From: a virus
Reading direction: 5' to 3' (one strand)
Length of the DNA: 31,722 bases
Virus genome (UHGV): UHGV-0068509
Below, one piece after another: positions 11,021 through 20,407 of this stretch (position 1 is its first letter; each line of letters opens with the position of its first letter). The notes beneath the pieces are model-generated. The model saw only the letters and a list, made by a program, of their open reading frames with translations, was not told the origin of the DNA and did not search any database. Position numbers and translations under genes: made by a program.

Positions 11021-11917
11021 TTATTTTTTAGCTTTATTCTTCGCCGCTCGGTATGCGGTGTAATCACCGGTGGCGCGCGCTTTTTCGAGAAGTTTGTCGA
11101 GATTATTAATTGCAGCGCCATTGCTCCCCTTAACTGTCGGGGTTGTGGCTGCCGTGGTTTTTGCTTTTGGCATGATTCTGGCCTTCGATTCGATACGTTC
11201 CAGCAGACGACCAATTGCTACGGGGTTGGTAGCTTCTGCCAGTTGCTTGCGCAGTTCAGCGTTGCGACCGAGCGCCAGAACAACGATTTCCGGCTTCTCT
11301 GACTCAAACAGGATCGCGTTTTGTGTCTCTATGGGGATTTCCTCGAGTACGGCCTGTTCAGCTTCCTGATAGCCAGGAACCTTGAGAGCCTTAACACGTT
11401 GCTGATATTTGGATAATCGCTCTTGATAGGCAGCCTGAAGCTCCTGCTCCTTCTGCTTACGAGCCATCTCCTGTTGCTGGTACTTTCCGTTATCCTCTGC
11501 CCACTTAGCCATGCGTTGCTGGTAGATTTCTTCATCGAAACCGATGTCCTCATCATCCAGTTTTGGCATTCGCGGTGGTTGAGTGATTACCGGCTGCTGC
11601 TCGACGGGTTTCTGAGACTGACGCATCAGTTCTTTCAGTTCGCGGTCTTTCTCTTTAATCGTCTTGCGCAGGTGTTTTACCAGTCCATGCTCTGCGCCAT
11701 CTTCGCTGGTTGGCGAATCCAGCTTTTCGTCACCAAAGTAGAATTCCTGTTCTGATTCGTCGTCATCAGTTTCAGTAGCTTCCTCTGCATCATTGCCGGA
11801 GGACTCACTGCCATCTTCTGTTTCGACTTCTTCAGCCAGTTCGACATCATCAGGAATCTGCTCTGACGCGTCGGTTTCGATTTCAACTTCTGGTGTGTTT
11901 TCTGCCATCTGGTCCAT
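11021..11917 (-). CDS. Scaffolding protein, P22 gp8-like
   Basis: 298-aa ORF, highly acidic N-terminus, helical Gln/Lys-rich body, C-terminal GDYTAYRAAKNKAKK resembling the P22 scaffold coat-binding helix-turn-helix. Confidence 0.8.
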   Translation of the reverse strand: MDQMAENTPEVEIETDASEQIPDDVELAEEVETEDGSESSGNDAEEATETDDDESEQEFYFGDEKLDSPTSEDGAEHGLVKHLRKTIKEKDRELKELMRQSQKPVEQQPVITQPPRMPKLDDEDIGFDEEIYQQRMAKWAEDNGKYQQQEMARKQKEQELQAAYQERLSKYQQRVKALKVPGYQEAEQAVLEEIPIETQNAILFESEKPEIVVLALGRNAELRKQLAEATNPVAIGRLLERIESKARIMPKAKTTAATTPTVKGSNGAAINNLDKLLEKARATGDYTAYRAAKNKAKK

Positions 11918-12007
11918 TTGTTACCCCTGTTTACTCGATGTTCAGCCCATCGGAAGGCAATAGGGTGCCAGGCCTCATAAAGACAGCCATTGCACGTTAT
12001 GGGTTAA

Positions 12008-14209
12008 TTACTGCTGTGGTTGTTGCTGAGTTGATTTTTGCAGGATGCTGCTGATGTCCATGCGCTGCGCATGGCCCTGTGCCTGACTTTTCAGGACAAG
12101 CTCTGCATCAGCACGGGCATTATCTCCTTGCTGTTGCTGGAACTGTCCGAGCAGTTTCAGAGCCTCGCGGATATCAGATTTCTGCTGACTATCGGCAGAT
12201 GCGAGTATTTTCACAACATTTGCCGCTGCAACCTGAGCATCAGTCTGTGCCTGGAATGCTTTAACCTGAATGGCTGCCTGTTCGTTCTGCGCTTTCTGCA
12301 ATTCAGCCTGACCAGCAAGAAGCTGACCTTGCGCTGCAACCATAGCCGGATCTGGCTGACTGGCCTGTTGTTGTTTCGCCTGCTCAACCATCTGCTGTTC
12401 TTCTGGCGTTCTCGGCTTGATAACACCAGACAGAAGCAACTGATTGCGGTTGTATTCTTTAAGGTCGTCCATCCCTTCGCCGTCCATATTGTCGAGAATC
12501 ATCGACGATACAAGGTCGTGCTTCGGCGTTCCTGGTGGGATAAGTGCCAGCATGGAAAGTAACGACTTAACCGTTGCATCACGGCGAGTAGCGAACGACT
12601 GACCGACATCGACAGTCACTTCATAGTTACCCTGCGAAAGGTCGTTAAGCGCGATAACCTGCCCTGTCTGACGGTCAACCACTTCACCAGTCATTAGCGC
12701 CACGTCATCGCTGCCGTCCTCATTAACGATGCGCATCGGCGTATCACTGCCATAGACCTCACGCGCCATAGAAAGCCACACAACGCCAGCGCGGCGCATG
12801 GATTTAGCCATGTTGTCCATGTAGATATAGGACTGCGTGTCCATCCGGTTAAAGATGCTATCAACGGTATCGGTGGCGACGTTGCTCGGCATGTTCTCAA
12901 GCTGCGACGCACCTGTAATTTGCTGAATAGCCGTTCCGGTGTACTGCAATAGCCCGGCAAGAGCTGGAGGCATTTGTGTCGGAGGCGTATAACTGCTGAC
13001 CTGAGCCTGCGCAGTAATATCTCCGTTTTTGTTTTTCAGACTGACCATCGGCAGGAACGCCGGGCGCTTTTTGTTGCGCTCCGCCCAATGAGCGGCGAGA
13101 GGACCAGGAATCATGTCAACATCAACTACAGGAATGCCATCACCGCCAGCCTGAGTAGCGTTATCTGCAATCATGGAAACCATCAGGTTCTCAAGACGCT
13201 GTGCATCCATCGCTTTTGCTGCGTGGCCTTCAATTCGCTCCTGATTATCAACAAATGAGCGACGCCCATATACCGGGATGAGAGGAATATGTTCACCCGG
13301 AATACGCTTCGGTTCTTCCAGCCATTCAGCGCCAGACAGAAGACCGCAATAAACGCGGCGCTTCTTCACCGTTCGCTCGCCAATCAGTTCGAATGCACCA
13401 TCGGTCAGCTCGTCGACAATATCTTTGATTTGCTCTTCATCATAGATTGCCGTTTCTCCGCTAACAGGGTTGCGCCACGCCGTGAGCTTCACCTTCTCTA
13501 TGCGAACTTCGTAGTAGCGTCCAACATAGATGGCATCGGGCGTTGACCAGTCATATTGAGTGCCAGTGTCATCACGAGAAAGGCTTGCCGCGATGGAATC
13601 AGGGTATTCAGTCTCGAACGCTTTAGGCGTCATGGAGAACATTTCCATAGCCCACATAGCATCAGAGCGGTCATATTGCTTGCTGTCCTGATCAAAGAAG
13701 ACGCATGTCGCTGGGTCGTAAACAGGAAGAAGGCTTATACGGCGTTGCTCGTTACTCGGATCCATTTCATCTTCGTAATCGGCACACATGCGGAAACAAC
13801 CGAATCCGCCCGTTACAGCATCATCAAATGCGTTATCACACGCTTCGCCACCTGATGTTTCCTGATAGTCAGCGCGGAATTTGCCGTTCATTTTTTCGGC
13901 TAACGCTTCCGATGCCTTGTCATCCTTCGGCCTGAATTTAACGCTGATGCGATTCTGTCGATACTCGCCAATGATGCGATCACATTCACGGGCAATCTTA
14001 TTTAGTTCAAAGCGCGGGTAATGCTCAAACCTGCCTTCATCAAATGAGTAACCAGCGTTTGTGCTGCCTTCCCACTGTGCACCGGACACCCTGACGAAAC
14101 GTTGAGCCTCAATAATCTGCTCACGCATATCCTGCGTTGCTGACCAGGCATTATCAAAGTTGCACAGCACCTTGCGATGCCAGTCAGTCATCTTTCTATC
14201 ATCAGCCAT
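12008..14209 (-). CDS. Portal protein, P22 gp1-like
   Basis: Start at MADDRK, whose ATG overlaps the terL stop (TAATG); conserved motifs (IPGEHIPLIPVYG, RTPEEQQMVEQAKQQ, long Gln-rich C-terminal barrel region). Confidence 0.9.
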   Translation of the reverse strand: MADDRKMTDWHRKVLCNFDNAWSATQDMREQIIEAQRFVRVSGAQWEGSTNAGYSFDEGRFEHYPRFELNKIARECDRIIGEYRQNRISVKFRPKDDKASEALAEKMNGKFRADYQETSGGEACDNAFDDAVTGGFGCFRMCADYEDEMDPSNEQRRISLLPVYDPATCVFFDQDSKQYDRSDAMWAMEMFSMTPKAFETEYPDSIAASLSRDDTGTQYDWSTPDAIYVGRYYEVRIEKVKLTAWRNPVSGETAIYDEEQIKDIVDELTDGAFELIGERTVKKRRVYCGLLSGAEWLEEPKRIPGEHIPLIPVYGRRSFVDNQERIEGHAAKAMDAQRLENLMVSMIADNATQAGGDGIPVVDVDMIPGPLAAHWAERNKKRPAFLPMVSLKNKNGDITAQAQVSSYTPPTQMPPALAGLLQYTGTAIQQITGASQLENMPSNVATDTVDSIFNRMDTQSYIYMDNMAKSMRRAGVVWLSMAREVYGSDTPMRIVNEDGSDDVALMTGEVVDRQTGQVIALNDLSQGNYEVTVDVGQSFATRRDATVKSLLSMLALIPPGTPKHDLVSSMILDNMDGEGMDDLKEYNRNQLLLSGVIKPRTPEEQQMVEQAKQQQASQPDPAMVAAQGQLLAGQAELQKAQNEQAAIQVKAFQAQTDAQVAAANVVKILASADSQQKSDIREALKLLGQFQQQQGDNARADAELVLKSQAQGHAQRMDISSILQKSTQQQPQQ

Positions 14210-15705
14210 TATCCAACTCCGCAAGGTATGTTGTAGCTTGAGTAATCAATCTCTTTAGGATCTTTGATGTCTCGCATCTGTATTGCAAAACGCCTCATCA
14301 TGTAGCCATAGCGAACAGCAGAAAGGATGTCGTCATTTAGCTTGACGATCTTCCCGTTCTCATCGCGGTGATACAGGCGAAACTCTTCAAAGAATGGCTC
14401 GCAGGTGTTAAATACCTTGAAACGACCGTCGAGCATCATGTCGCGTATCTCTGCTATCCCGGGTTCGACCGCATTACCTCCATCAGGCCATGTTGCATGA
14501 TCTGGCAACATATCGAACCCAGCGTCGGCGTATTGTTCCTTGAGCTGAGCGCCGCCTCCCTTTTCGTGCTGATGCCCGTCATGAGGCCAAGCCGTAGGGG
14601 TGTTTTTGCTCCATGCTTTAACAGCACTCCATGCCTCTGTCGCCTTCTTCTGTTTGGCCTTCCAGACGCGAGAAAGATAAATCACGTCCTCGTCTTTATC
14701 CCACCAAAGCTGGATGTGTGCCTGTGGGTGATCCCATCCGAAGTCCATTGCATTGATGACGTAGAAGTGATCAGGACACTCGAACGGCTGACACTTAATA
14801 GTCTCTTCCGGTATCTGGAAGATTCGACCGCTACCCATCGTAGGAATACCGCGAGCACGCGCCTCTCTCTCATGCTCAGGATAGGATGCGATGATTTGCT
14901 CTTTCTGCTCGTCGGTATAGTGCTCAGCATCATAGATGGTCATGTTGACCACTTTCTGCGACTTGCTGGGATTCTTCAGGAACTTAGTAACAACGTCAGA
15001 CATCCCCATCAGCGGGGTAAACGTCAGAATTGAGAATTGCCCGTATTTGTTGGTACGGGTAAGACCTTCGCCATAAATGCTGTATGGTGGCTCTTCGTCA
15101 AACCACACGCCGTGGATTGTGTCACCCTGCCAGCGAGCACGGCCTTGCGAGTATGGTTTGAAGTAGCAGATTGAAATGCCATCTTCAACGCCATCAGCCG
15201 TGTGATGCTTAACCAGAAGGTGATCAACAAGGTTCGGAAAGAAAGGAGACTTCTTCCAGCTAATGATGTCCTCTTTCGGTATTGAACCGTAGCCCGGCTC
15301 ATCATTCTCTTCAATACGACCGCACAGGATGCGTTGAGTCGTTTTGGTTACAGTCTCGTTTGTCTCGCCACCAATCCAGAAGACAACAGGCTCATAAAAA
15401 CGCTTACCTTTCCACTCACCGCCATATTTACCATCAGCAGGATAGCCTTTTGTGCCCGGATAACGCCCTGTAAGGTGAAACGCTACTTCAGCAGCACCAG
15501 TAAATGACTTACCAAGCTGGTTACCAGCCATAAAACAGCGCTCTGGATAGTCATGCCCGGCGTCGATGAACTCACACTGTTTGCTGTATGGCGTAAATTC
15601 ATATAGCAGGTGTGTGTTCCGGTAGTTCTCTTCTTCTTCGAGTAGCTCGAGCAATTCGATTTGCTCTTCGTCGCTCAGGTTATCAAGAATCGCGTCCAGT
15701 TCCAC
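14209..15705 (-). CDS. terL: Terminase large subunit, P22 gp2-like
   Basis: 498-aa ORF; N-terminus [37 protein letters not shown] and ATPase/nuclease body match the P22-type headful terminase as I recall it. Confidence 0.9.
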   Translation of the reverse strand: MELDAILDNLSDEEQIELLELLEEEENYRNTHLLYEFTPYSKQCEFIDAGHDYPERCFMAGNQLGKSFTGAAEVAFHLTGRYPGTKGYPADGKYGGEWKGKRFYEPVVFWIGGETNETVTKTTQRILCGRIEENDEPGYGSIPKEDIISWKKSPFFPNLVDHLLVKHHTADGVEDGISICYFKPYSQGRARWQGDTIHGVWFDEEPPYSIYGEGLTRTNKYGQFSILTFTPLMGMSDVVTKFLKNPSKSQKVVNMTIYDAEHYTDEQKEQIIASYPEHEREARARGIPTMGSGRIFQIPEETIKCQPFECPDHFYVINAMDFGWDHPQAHIQLWWDKDEDVIYLSRVWKAKQKKATEAWSAVKAWSKNTPTAWPHDGHQHEKGGGAQLKEQYADAGFDMLPDHATWPDGGNAVEPGIAEIRDMMLDGRFKVFNTCEPFFEEFRLYHRDENGKIVKLNDDILSAVRYGYMMRRFAIQMRDIKDPKEIDYSSYNIPCGVG

Positions 15706-16171
15706 GGTTGAATAGCTCCTTGATACGAGAGCGCCGCTTATCGCGATCTCCCTTATCAGGTGTCACGTCTTCAACTTGCGACTGCTCTTTGAGGCCCAAA
15801 TCACGGGCGATGATGTTAGCGTTGAGAAGGTCAGCGGCTGCGCCAGAGAATTTCTGGTCGTAGATGACCTGTTCTGCTCGCGTAACGACTTCAGATAAAT
15901 CTTCTCGCAGGCGATATGTGCGCCATGTTTCAAGCGTCACATCAATGAACAGAGTGAGGCCGGTAATGGTCATCGCTCGCATCTTGGCGATAGGCTCTTG
16001 TATCACTTCACCCTGATACGAGAACGCCTTCATCTCCCATAGCGGGTTAGCTTCTACCCACTCGAAGTATTCACAACAAGCAGCCCACAGCGCCTCAGGC
16101 GATTCGAATTTAGGATTTCGCCCATGACTACTGCGGGCCTCCCAAAATCGGTTGCCCTTTGGTGCTGCCAT
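15683..16171 (-). CDS. terS: Terminase small subunit, P22 gp3-like
   Basis: Start assigned to [17 protein letters not shown] (third Met of the ORF, best RBS spacing); contains the pac sequence in frame ([10 protein letters not shown]). Confidence 0.9.
   Translation of the reverse strand: MAAPKGNRFWEARSSHGRNPKFESPEALWAACCEYFEWVEANPLWEMKAFSYQGEVIQEPIAKMRAMTITGLTLFIDVTLETWRTYRLREDLSEVVTRAEQVIYDQKFSGAAADLLNANIIARDLGLKEQSQVEDVTPDKGDRDKRRSRIKELFNRGTGRDS
15877..15904 (-). other. pac: P22-type pac site (packaging initiation) inside terS
   Basis: Minus-strand sequence GAAGATTTATCTGAAGTCGTTACGCGAG matches the P22 pac site as I recall it. Confidence 0.6.
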
Positions 16172-16178
16172 ATTCATC

Positions 16179-16370
16179 TCACTTAATTGTCATTTCAGGT
16201 CGTTGGCTCTTCATGCTTTCAATCAATGACTGCTTCAGCAATTCGAGTGTGCCAATCGCCTCACATACACTGATTTCACCATAATCATGGATGACGCTTT
16301 CCAGCCTCTCGTATAGCTCTTGAGTAATTGGGAATTTCTTCTCCTTACCCAAATTGATTACGCGGCTCAC
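16179..16370 (-). CDS. Small hypothetical protein (63 aa), GTG start, translationally coupled to the upstream ORF
   Basis: GGAG 6 nt upstream of GTG; start overlaps the TGA of the 80-aa ORF; helical acidic protein. Confidence 0.5.
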   Translation of the reverse strand: MSRVINLGKEKKFPITQELYERLESVIHDYGEISVCEAIGTLELLKQSLIESMKSQRPEMTIK

Positions 16371-16371
16371 A

Positions 16372-16614
16372 TCATGCTCCGGTAGTGAACAGGTCTAACG
16401 CTTCCTTCGATTTACGCACCGCTTCAAATGTGCGGATCGTGATATCCGAATTAGCGCCGCCTGACTGGAAGTGAATTTTGAATAGCTCAAGCTTCAGTTC
16501 GTCAGTGCCAATGAACTGAAATGCTTCTTCTGCGGCTGCGTTCTGGTTCATGACCAGTTTGTAAATCTCTAACTGGAATTTCTGTTCTTCAGTCATGGGA
16601 ATAATCTCTGCCAT
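16372..16614 (-). CDS. Small hypothetical protein (80 aa)
   Basis: ATG with GGAG about 7 nt upstream; MAEIIPMTEEQKFQLEIYKLV... Confidence 0.55.
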   Translation of the reverse strand: MAEIIPMTEEQKFQLEIYKLVMNQNAAAEEAFQFIGTDELKLELFKIHFQSGGANSDITIRTFEAVRKSKEALDLFTTGA

Positions 16615-16716
16615 TGTTGGCTCCGTTTATCCGTTAAAAGGGATATCAGTTAAGTTATCCCGTGTAGGGTATAAGCCATTATCAAAGCCACTCTGCAAGG
16701 AATGGCTTTTGTGATG

Positions 16717-16744
16717 GCAATAAAAAGCCACACATATGCGTGGC
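16717..16744 (-). terminator. Putative intrinsic terminator immediately 3' of the protease gene
   Basis: Minus-strand hairpin GCCAC-GCATATGT-GTGGC followed by TTTTTATT. Confidence 0.45.
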
Positions 16745-16777
16745 CATATCATGTATAAAATCTTATACAACGAATGT

Positions 16778-17518
16778 TTATTTCGTAGGGAAAGATGTGA
16801 TCACATCAACGATGGGCTGGATTGAAAATCCAATACCAATTCCGGAGTTAGCATTCAGCGACATCATGTCCGAAACAATCTGTAGCGATCTACCAAACAT
16901 GTCCGCCATTTGCCCGAAATTAACACCCATGATCTCAACACTTCCATGCAGACTTGCTGAAGAAAGATATTGTCGCAGTTGGGCTATTTCTTGGCTGAAA
17001 GCATCAGCCTGATCGCCCATTATATATCTACGCTGGGTGACGATACCTACTAACTCTCCCGAATCTCGATCAATAATAGGTCCTCCTGAGTTCCCCCCAT
17101 TAACCATTCCATCAAGCGTAAATCGGCCATGCTCCATCGGTGCTGAAATAATTGCCTCACTTGTTAGTAACAGAGGTATCCCATGCGGGTATCCTGCAAA
17201 AATTACTTTTCTGCCCCTGGATGGAGCAAACCCAGCAGATGGTTGAAGGACTGTTCTTCCGCCAGGAAGGGGGGATTGCAATTGCATGATAGCAAAGTCG
17301 TTACTACCATCAACATGCAAAATTTTAGCGTCGATACTCTCATTTGCTTCAGTTTGAAGAATGACGTCATTGATTTGACACTCGGTTTGTAAGTCACAAC
17401 AGGTGGCCACAACATGCAAGTTAGTTACAACTAGGTTTTCTCGCATGAAACTGAACCCGCTACCACGAGACTTACCTGCAATGACCTGAAATGTTGCGTT
17501 GGCTAAGTTTTGATGCAT
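16778..17518 (-). CDS. Trypsin-like (S1/HtrA-type fold) serine protease, cytoplasmic, no PDZ domain
   Basis: 246-aa ORF with strong RBS GGAGGA; catalytic motifs in canonical order His (VVTNLHVV), Asp (DFAIMQL), Ser (GNSGGP); no N-terminal signal peptide; about 75-aa C-terminal tail ending GIGIGFSIQPIVDVI. Confidence 0.85.
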   Translation of the reverse strand: MHQNLANATFQVIAGKSRGSGFSFMRENLVVTNLHVVATCCDLQTECQINDVILQTEANESIDAKILHVDGSNDFAIMQLQSPLPGGRTVLQPSAGFAPSRGRKVIFAGYPHGIPLLLTSEAIISAPMEHGRFTLDGMVNGGNSGGPIIDRDSGELVGIVTQRRYIMGDQADAFSQEIAQLRQYLSSASLHGSVEIMGVNFGQMADMFGRSLQIVSDMMSLNANSGIGIGFSIQPIVDVITSFPTK

Positions 17519-17630
17519 TGAAATCCTCCGATTCTGGTTAGTGGAATTTCATAATGAACTCATTTCCCAGAATAATTGATATATCACATCAATTCACGCC
17601 CGGAATATTCAATACACCAATTGGCCCGTA

Positions 17631-18068
<438 letters not shown>

Positions 18069-18224
18069 TAAGGCAGGAGGTTCATCTTTCAGTGGCTGCC
18101 AGTGTTATTTCCCCACTTACTGGCTTGGGTTGTTTCGTGGTACTGCCGTTAACTGGTGGCCCAGAATAAATTCCGGTTTCATTATCAAGCCCACCCGTAG
18201 ATGGGCTTTGTAATGCCTACATGG

Positions 18225-18695
18225 TTAAATGATTTGCCAGTCTTCTGCTAGAACATCAGTCTGACTAGCCAGCCACGGTACTAATTTATCGTCCGCTGTC
18301 TTCATGCAAATGCATGGCAGCGTCACAAGGCCATTAACTCCGTCCAGGTCACACTCAAACCCCCAAGCATTCTGCTGGATAATGAACAGATACATCCCCT
18401 TACCATTCCAGCCAGCACGGGCAACTTTATTCCCCAACTTGAGCGCTTCAATGGCAAGGCCGAAACTTAGCCCTGATACCGGACGATAAGCCTTTTCGAA
18501 TACTTCTTTTGGACTCCAGCTAACGTAGCCATCAAAGCGATCGGTGTTAGGTTTTCCGCCATCAAGATATTCAACCAGATAGCCTTCATCCTCGCCGTTT
18601 TCTCCGGCAGGAAGCTGCCAGCCACGAAAATCGTTATATGCCTGTCTCGTCATCGGAAAGGCGTTAATCAGTTTTACGCCAATATGCTGGGTCAT
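18225..18695 (-). CDS. DUF2829-family protein (Tad2-like candidate Thoeris anti-defence sponge fold) with an extra N-terminal region
   Basis: C-terminal half AIEALKLGNKVARAGWNGKGMYLFI...MKTADDKLVPWLASQTDVLAEDWQII resembles the DUF2829 consensus as I recall it; start uncertain (ATG at 18695 used; an in-frame GTG at 18788 would give 187 aa). Confidence 0.55.
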   Translation of the reverse strand: MTQHIGVKLINAFPMTRQAYNDFRGWQLPAGENGEDEGYLVEYLDGGKPNTDRFDGYVSWSPKEVFEKAYRPVSGLSFGLAIEALKLGNKVARAGWNGKGMYLFIIQQNAWGFECDLDGVNGLVTLPCICMKTADDKLVPWLASQTDVLAEDWQII

Positions 18696-18775
18696 AAAAT
18701 TACCTATAGAGTTGGGAATAAAAAGCCCCGCATCGCGAGGCTCATTAAATGGACTTTGTGATTTGCAAAACGTGT

Positions 18776-19246
18776 TTATTTCAGGCACTGCTCTTTGATG
18801 TATTCCTGCAGATAGCCAACCTGCTTCGTCACTGTGACGATTCGCTCTCTGAGGGTGAAATAATCCCGTTCAGCGGAGTCAGTAAGTCGGGGGCCGGTAA
18901 CATCGCCCAGGCCGCCGGTGCTGGTCGTTCCGTTCGCGGGACAGTTTGCGTTGAGCTGCAGCCGCTTACGGCCAGCAATGACATCGCTATGCAGACGCTC
19001 AATGGTTTCTTTCGCATCAGCCAGTTCTCCGGTGTATTTGGCATCCAGTGCAGCGACATCACGCTGGCGGGTCTGCATGTCTTTAATGGTGGCGGTCGCC
19101 AGGAGGAGTTTCTCAGTGGCCTTATCGCGCTGGTCTCTGTAAGTGATGGCGTTGTCGCGGTAGTGGTTCACGAAGAAAGCCAGTGCGCCGATTAACGCCA
19201 GCACCAGCAACTGCAGCCAGTAACGCTTAACCAGTGCGCTAATCAT
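18776..19246 (-). CDS. Rz: Rz-like i-spanin
   Basis: N-terminal TMD ([26 protein letters not shown]), [20 protein letters not shown] and C-terminal ...[10 protein letters not shown]...EQC similar to lambda Rz; ATG overlaps the endolysin stop. Confidence 0.9.
   Translation of the reverse strand: MISALVKRYWLQLLVLALIGALAFFVNHYRDNAITYRDQRDKATEKLLLATATIKDMQTRQRDVAALDAKYTGELADAKETIERLHSDVIAGRKRLQLNANCPANGTTSTGGLGDVTGPRLTDSAERDYFTLRERIVTVTKQVGYLQEYIKEQCLK
18829..19017 (-). CDS. Rz1: Rz1-like o-spanin (lipoprotein) embedded in the +1 frame of Rz
   Basis: [20 protein letters not shown] lipobox signal followed by a Pro-rich mature region; nested in Rz. Confidence 0.75.
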   Translation of the reverse strand: MRKKPLSVCIAMSLLAVSGCSSTQTVPRTERPAPAAWAMLPAPDLLTPLNGIISPSESESSQ

Positions 19247-19692
19247 GACAGGAACAGAGCTCGCTCTGCCTTGCGGCGATTCGTGAGCCCCGGCATCACC
19301 TTTCCGCCTGATTTATTCCAGCGCAGAAATTCATCTGCCGCGCCTTTTATATCGCCAGCATTCAGCTTTTTCAGCAGTGTAGATGTGGAAAGAGCACGCG
19401 ACCCAACGTTGTAAGCGAACGACACCAGTGCGTCGAACTGGCCTTGTGTCAGCTTCACCCTGACAACTTTCAGCACGTCATTCTCATAACCAACAAGCCC
19501 TGTTTTCAGAAGCCTGTCAGCGGTTTGCTGGTCGATAGTCATACCGCGCTTTACTGGCTTTCCGTCAACCGGATGGGTCCAGCCATAGCCGATGGTCCAC
19601 GGCGCATCTCCCGTTCCGGGGTCTGGGTAAGCAGTCAGCCGACAACCTTCAAATTTTTTTATCAGAGCAATTCCGTCAGGACTGGTTTGCAT
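19243..19692 (-). CDS. Endolysin, phage lysozyme (GH24, T4/P22 gp19-like)
   Basis: Start at [16 protein letters not shown] with RBS GGGAG; motifs [18 protein letters not shown]...TIGYGWT and C-terminal [11 protein letters not shown]. Confidence 0.9.
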   Translation of the reverse strand: MQTSPDGIALIKKFEGCRLTAYPDPGTGDAPWTIGYGWTHPVDGKPVKRGMTIDQQTADRLLKTGLVGYENDVLKVVRVKLTQGQFDALVSFAYNVGSRALSTSTLLKKLNAGDIKGAADEFLRWNKSGGKVMPGLTNRRKAERALFLS

Positions 19693-19999
19693 CGTCAACT
19701 CCCGCCTTTTTTGCTGCAAGTTTTTTAATAAGATTGCCGATCGAATCGGTGCCGATGTATCCAATAAAGACGCTGGCTATGTAGGCGAGGTTGCTGCTCA
19801 GGCCGATAAAGTCCAGAAGGTCACGAACGAACCAGGCAATCATCGCGCACATCAGCGCATCAATTAGCGTTTTTGTTACCGCGCCGCCGTTATAGCGACC
19901 ACGCAGATACGCCATGATAAAAGCCAGCATTGCACCAATACCCTGCTCCTTGGCGGCAAGTAGCGCAGCGATGAAATCTTGTTTGTATGGCATTTTCAT
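19676..19999 (-). CDS. Class I holin, lambda S-like, with dual-start motif
   Basis: Start [39 protein letters not shown] strongly resembles lambda S including the Met-Lys-Met dual start; RBS GGAGGTGA. Confidence 0.85.
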   Translation of the reverse strand: MKMPYKQDFIAALLAAKEQGIGAMLAFIMAYLRGRYNGGAVTKTLIDALMCAMIAWFVRDLLDFIGLSSNLAYIASVFIGYIGTDSIGNLIKKLAAKKAGVDDANQS

Positions 20000-20107
20000 A
20001 GGCCTCACCTCCGATTTTTCGGATGGCGCTGTGTGTGTATGAAAAGGATCAGGCTTCACTGGCTGGATTTTCAACAAAGCACGTAGTGATTGATTCCCGT
20101 GAGCCTG

Positions 20108-20132
20108 AAATAAAAAACCCGCTCAAGGCGGG
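20108..20132 (-). terminator. tR'-like intrinsic terminator between the tRNA genes and the holin
   Basis: Minus-strand hairpin CCCGC-CTTGA-GCGGG followed by TTTTTTATTT. Confidence 0.6.
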
Positions 20133-20188
20133 AATGTTAGGGTGTGGCAATGTCAGCTCTGCGGCTGAAGATACCCTGGCTGGGTTTT

Positions 20189-20264
20189 TGGTGCCGGTTA
20201 ACGGATTTGAACCGCTACCTATTCACTTACAAGGCGACCGCTCTACCATTGGAGCTAAACCAGC
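20189..20264 (-). tRNA. tRNA-Thr (anticodon UGU), 76 nt with encoded CCA
   Basis: Hand-folded cloverleaf: 7-bp acceptor stem (one G-U), 4-bp D stem with GG in loop, anticodon loop CT-TGT-AA, T loop TTCAAAT, discriminator A, CCA. Confidence 0.7.
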
Positions 20265-20269
20265 ATGTT

Positions 20270-20344
20270 TGGCGGGACAGCGTGGACTCGAACCACGATA
20301 AGAAGGTTAACAGCCTTCCGTAATGACCTTTATACGACTGACCC
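20270..20344 (-). tRNA. tRNA-Asn (anticodon GUU), 75 nt with encoded CCA
   Basis: Hand-folded: perfect 5-bp anticodon stem, loop CT-GTT-AA, perfect T arm CGTGG-TTCGAGT-CCACG, acceptor stem with one mismatch, 4-nt variable loop, CCA. Confidence 0.6.
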
Positions 20345-20407
20345 AAATAAAAAAAGCCACCGTTGCAACTTAAGAGTCACTAACGGCAGCTTACCCTCTA
20401 ATTATGG

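Noticed and set aside
10993-11214. 73-aa minus-strand ORF overlapping the scaffold 3' end
   Set aside because: Out-of-frame overlap with the scaffold gene; Arg/Pro-rich translation; no independent support.
12038-12562. 174-aa plus-strand ORF
   Set aside because: Antisense to the well-supported portal gene; shadow ORF.
14368-15033. 221-aa plus-strand ORF
   Set aside because: Antisense to the terminase large subunit gene; shadow ORF.
18189-18211. Hairpin AAGCCCA...TGGGCTT downstream of the DUF2829 gene as a terminator
   Set aside because: No U-tract follows on the transcribed strand; it could be a processing or regulatory hairpin but the evidence is insufficient.
19693-19764. Upstream in-frame extension of the endolysin ORF (24 extra N-terminal residues)
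   Set aside because: It overlaps the holin 3' end, lacks an RBS, and the internal ATG at 19692 has a GGGAG RBS and gives the canonical lysozyme N-terminus; the extension is not hydrophobic, so not a SAR signal.
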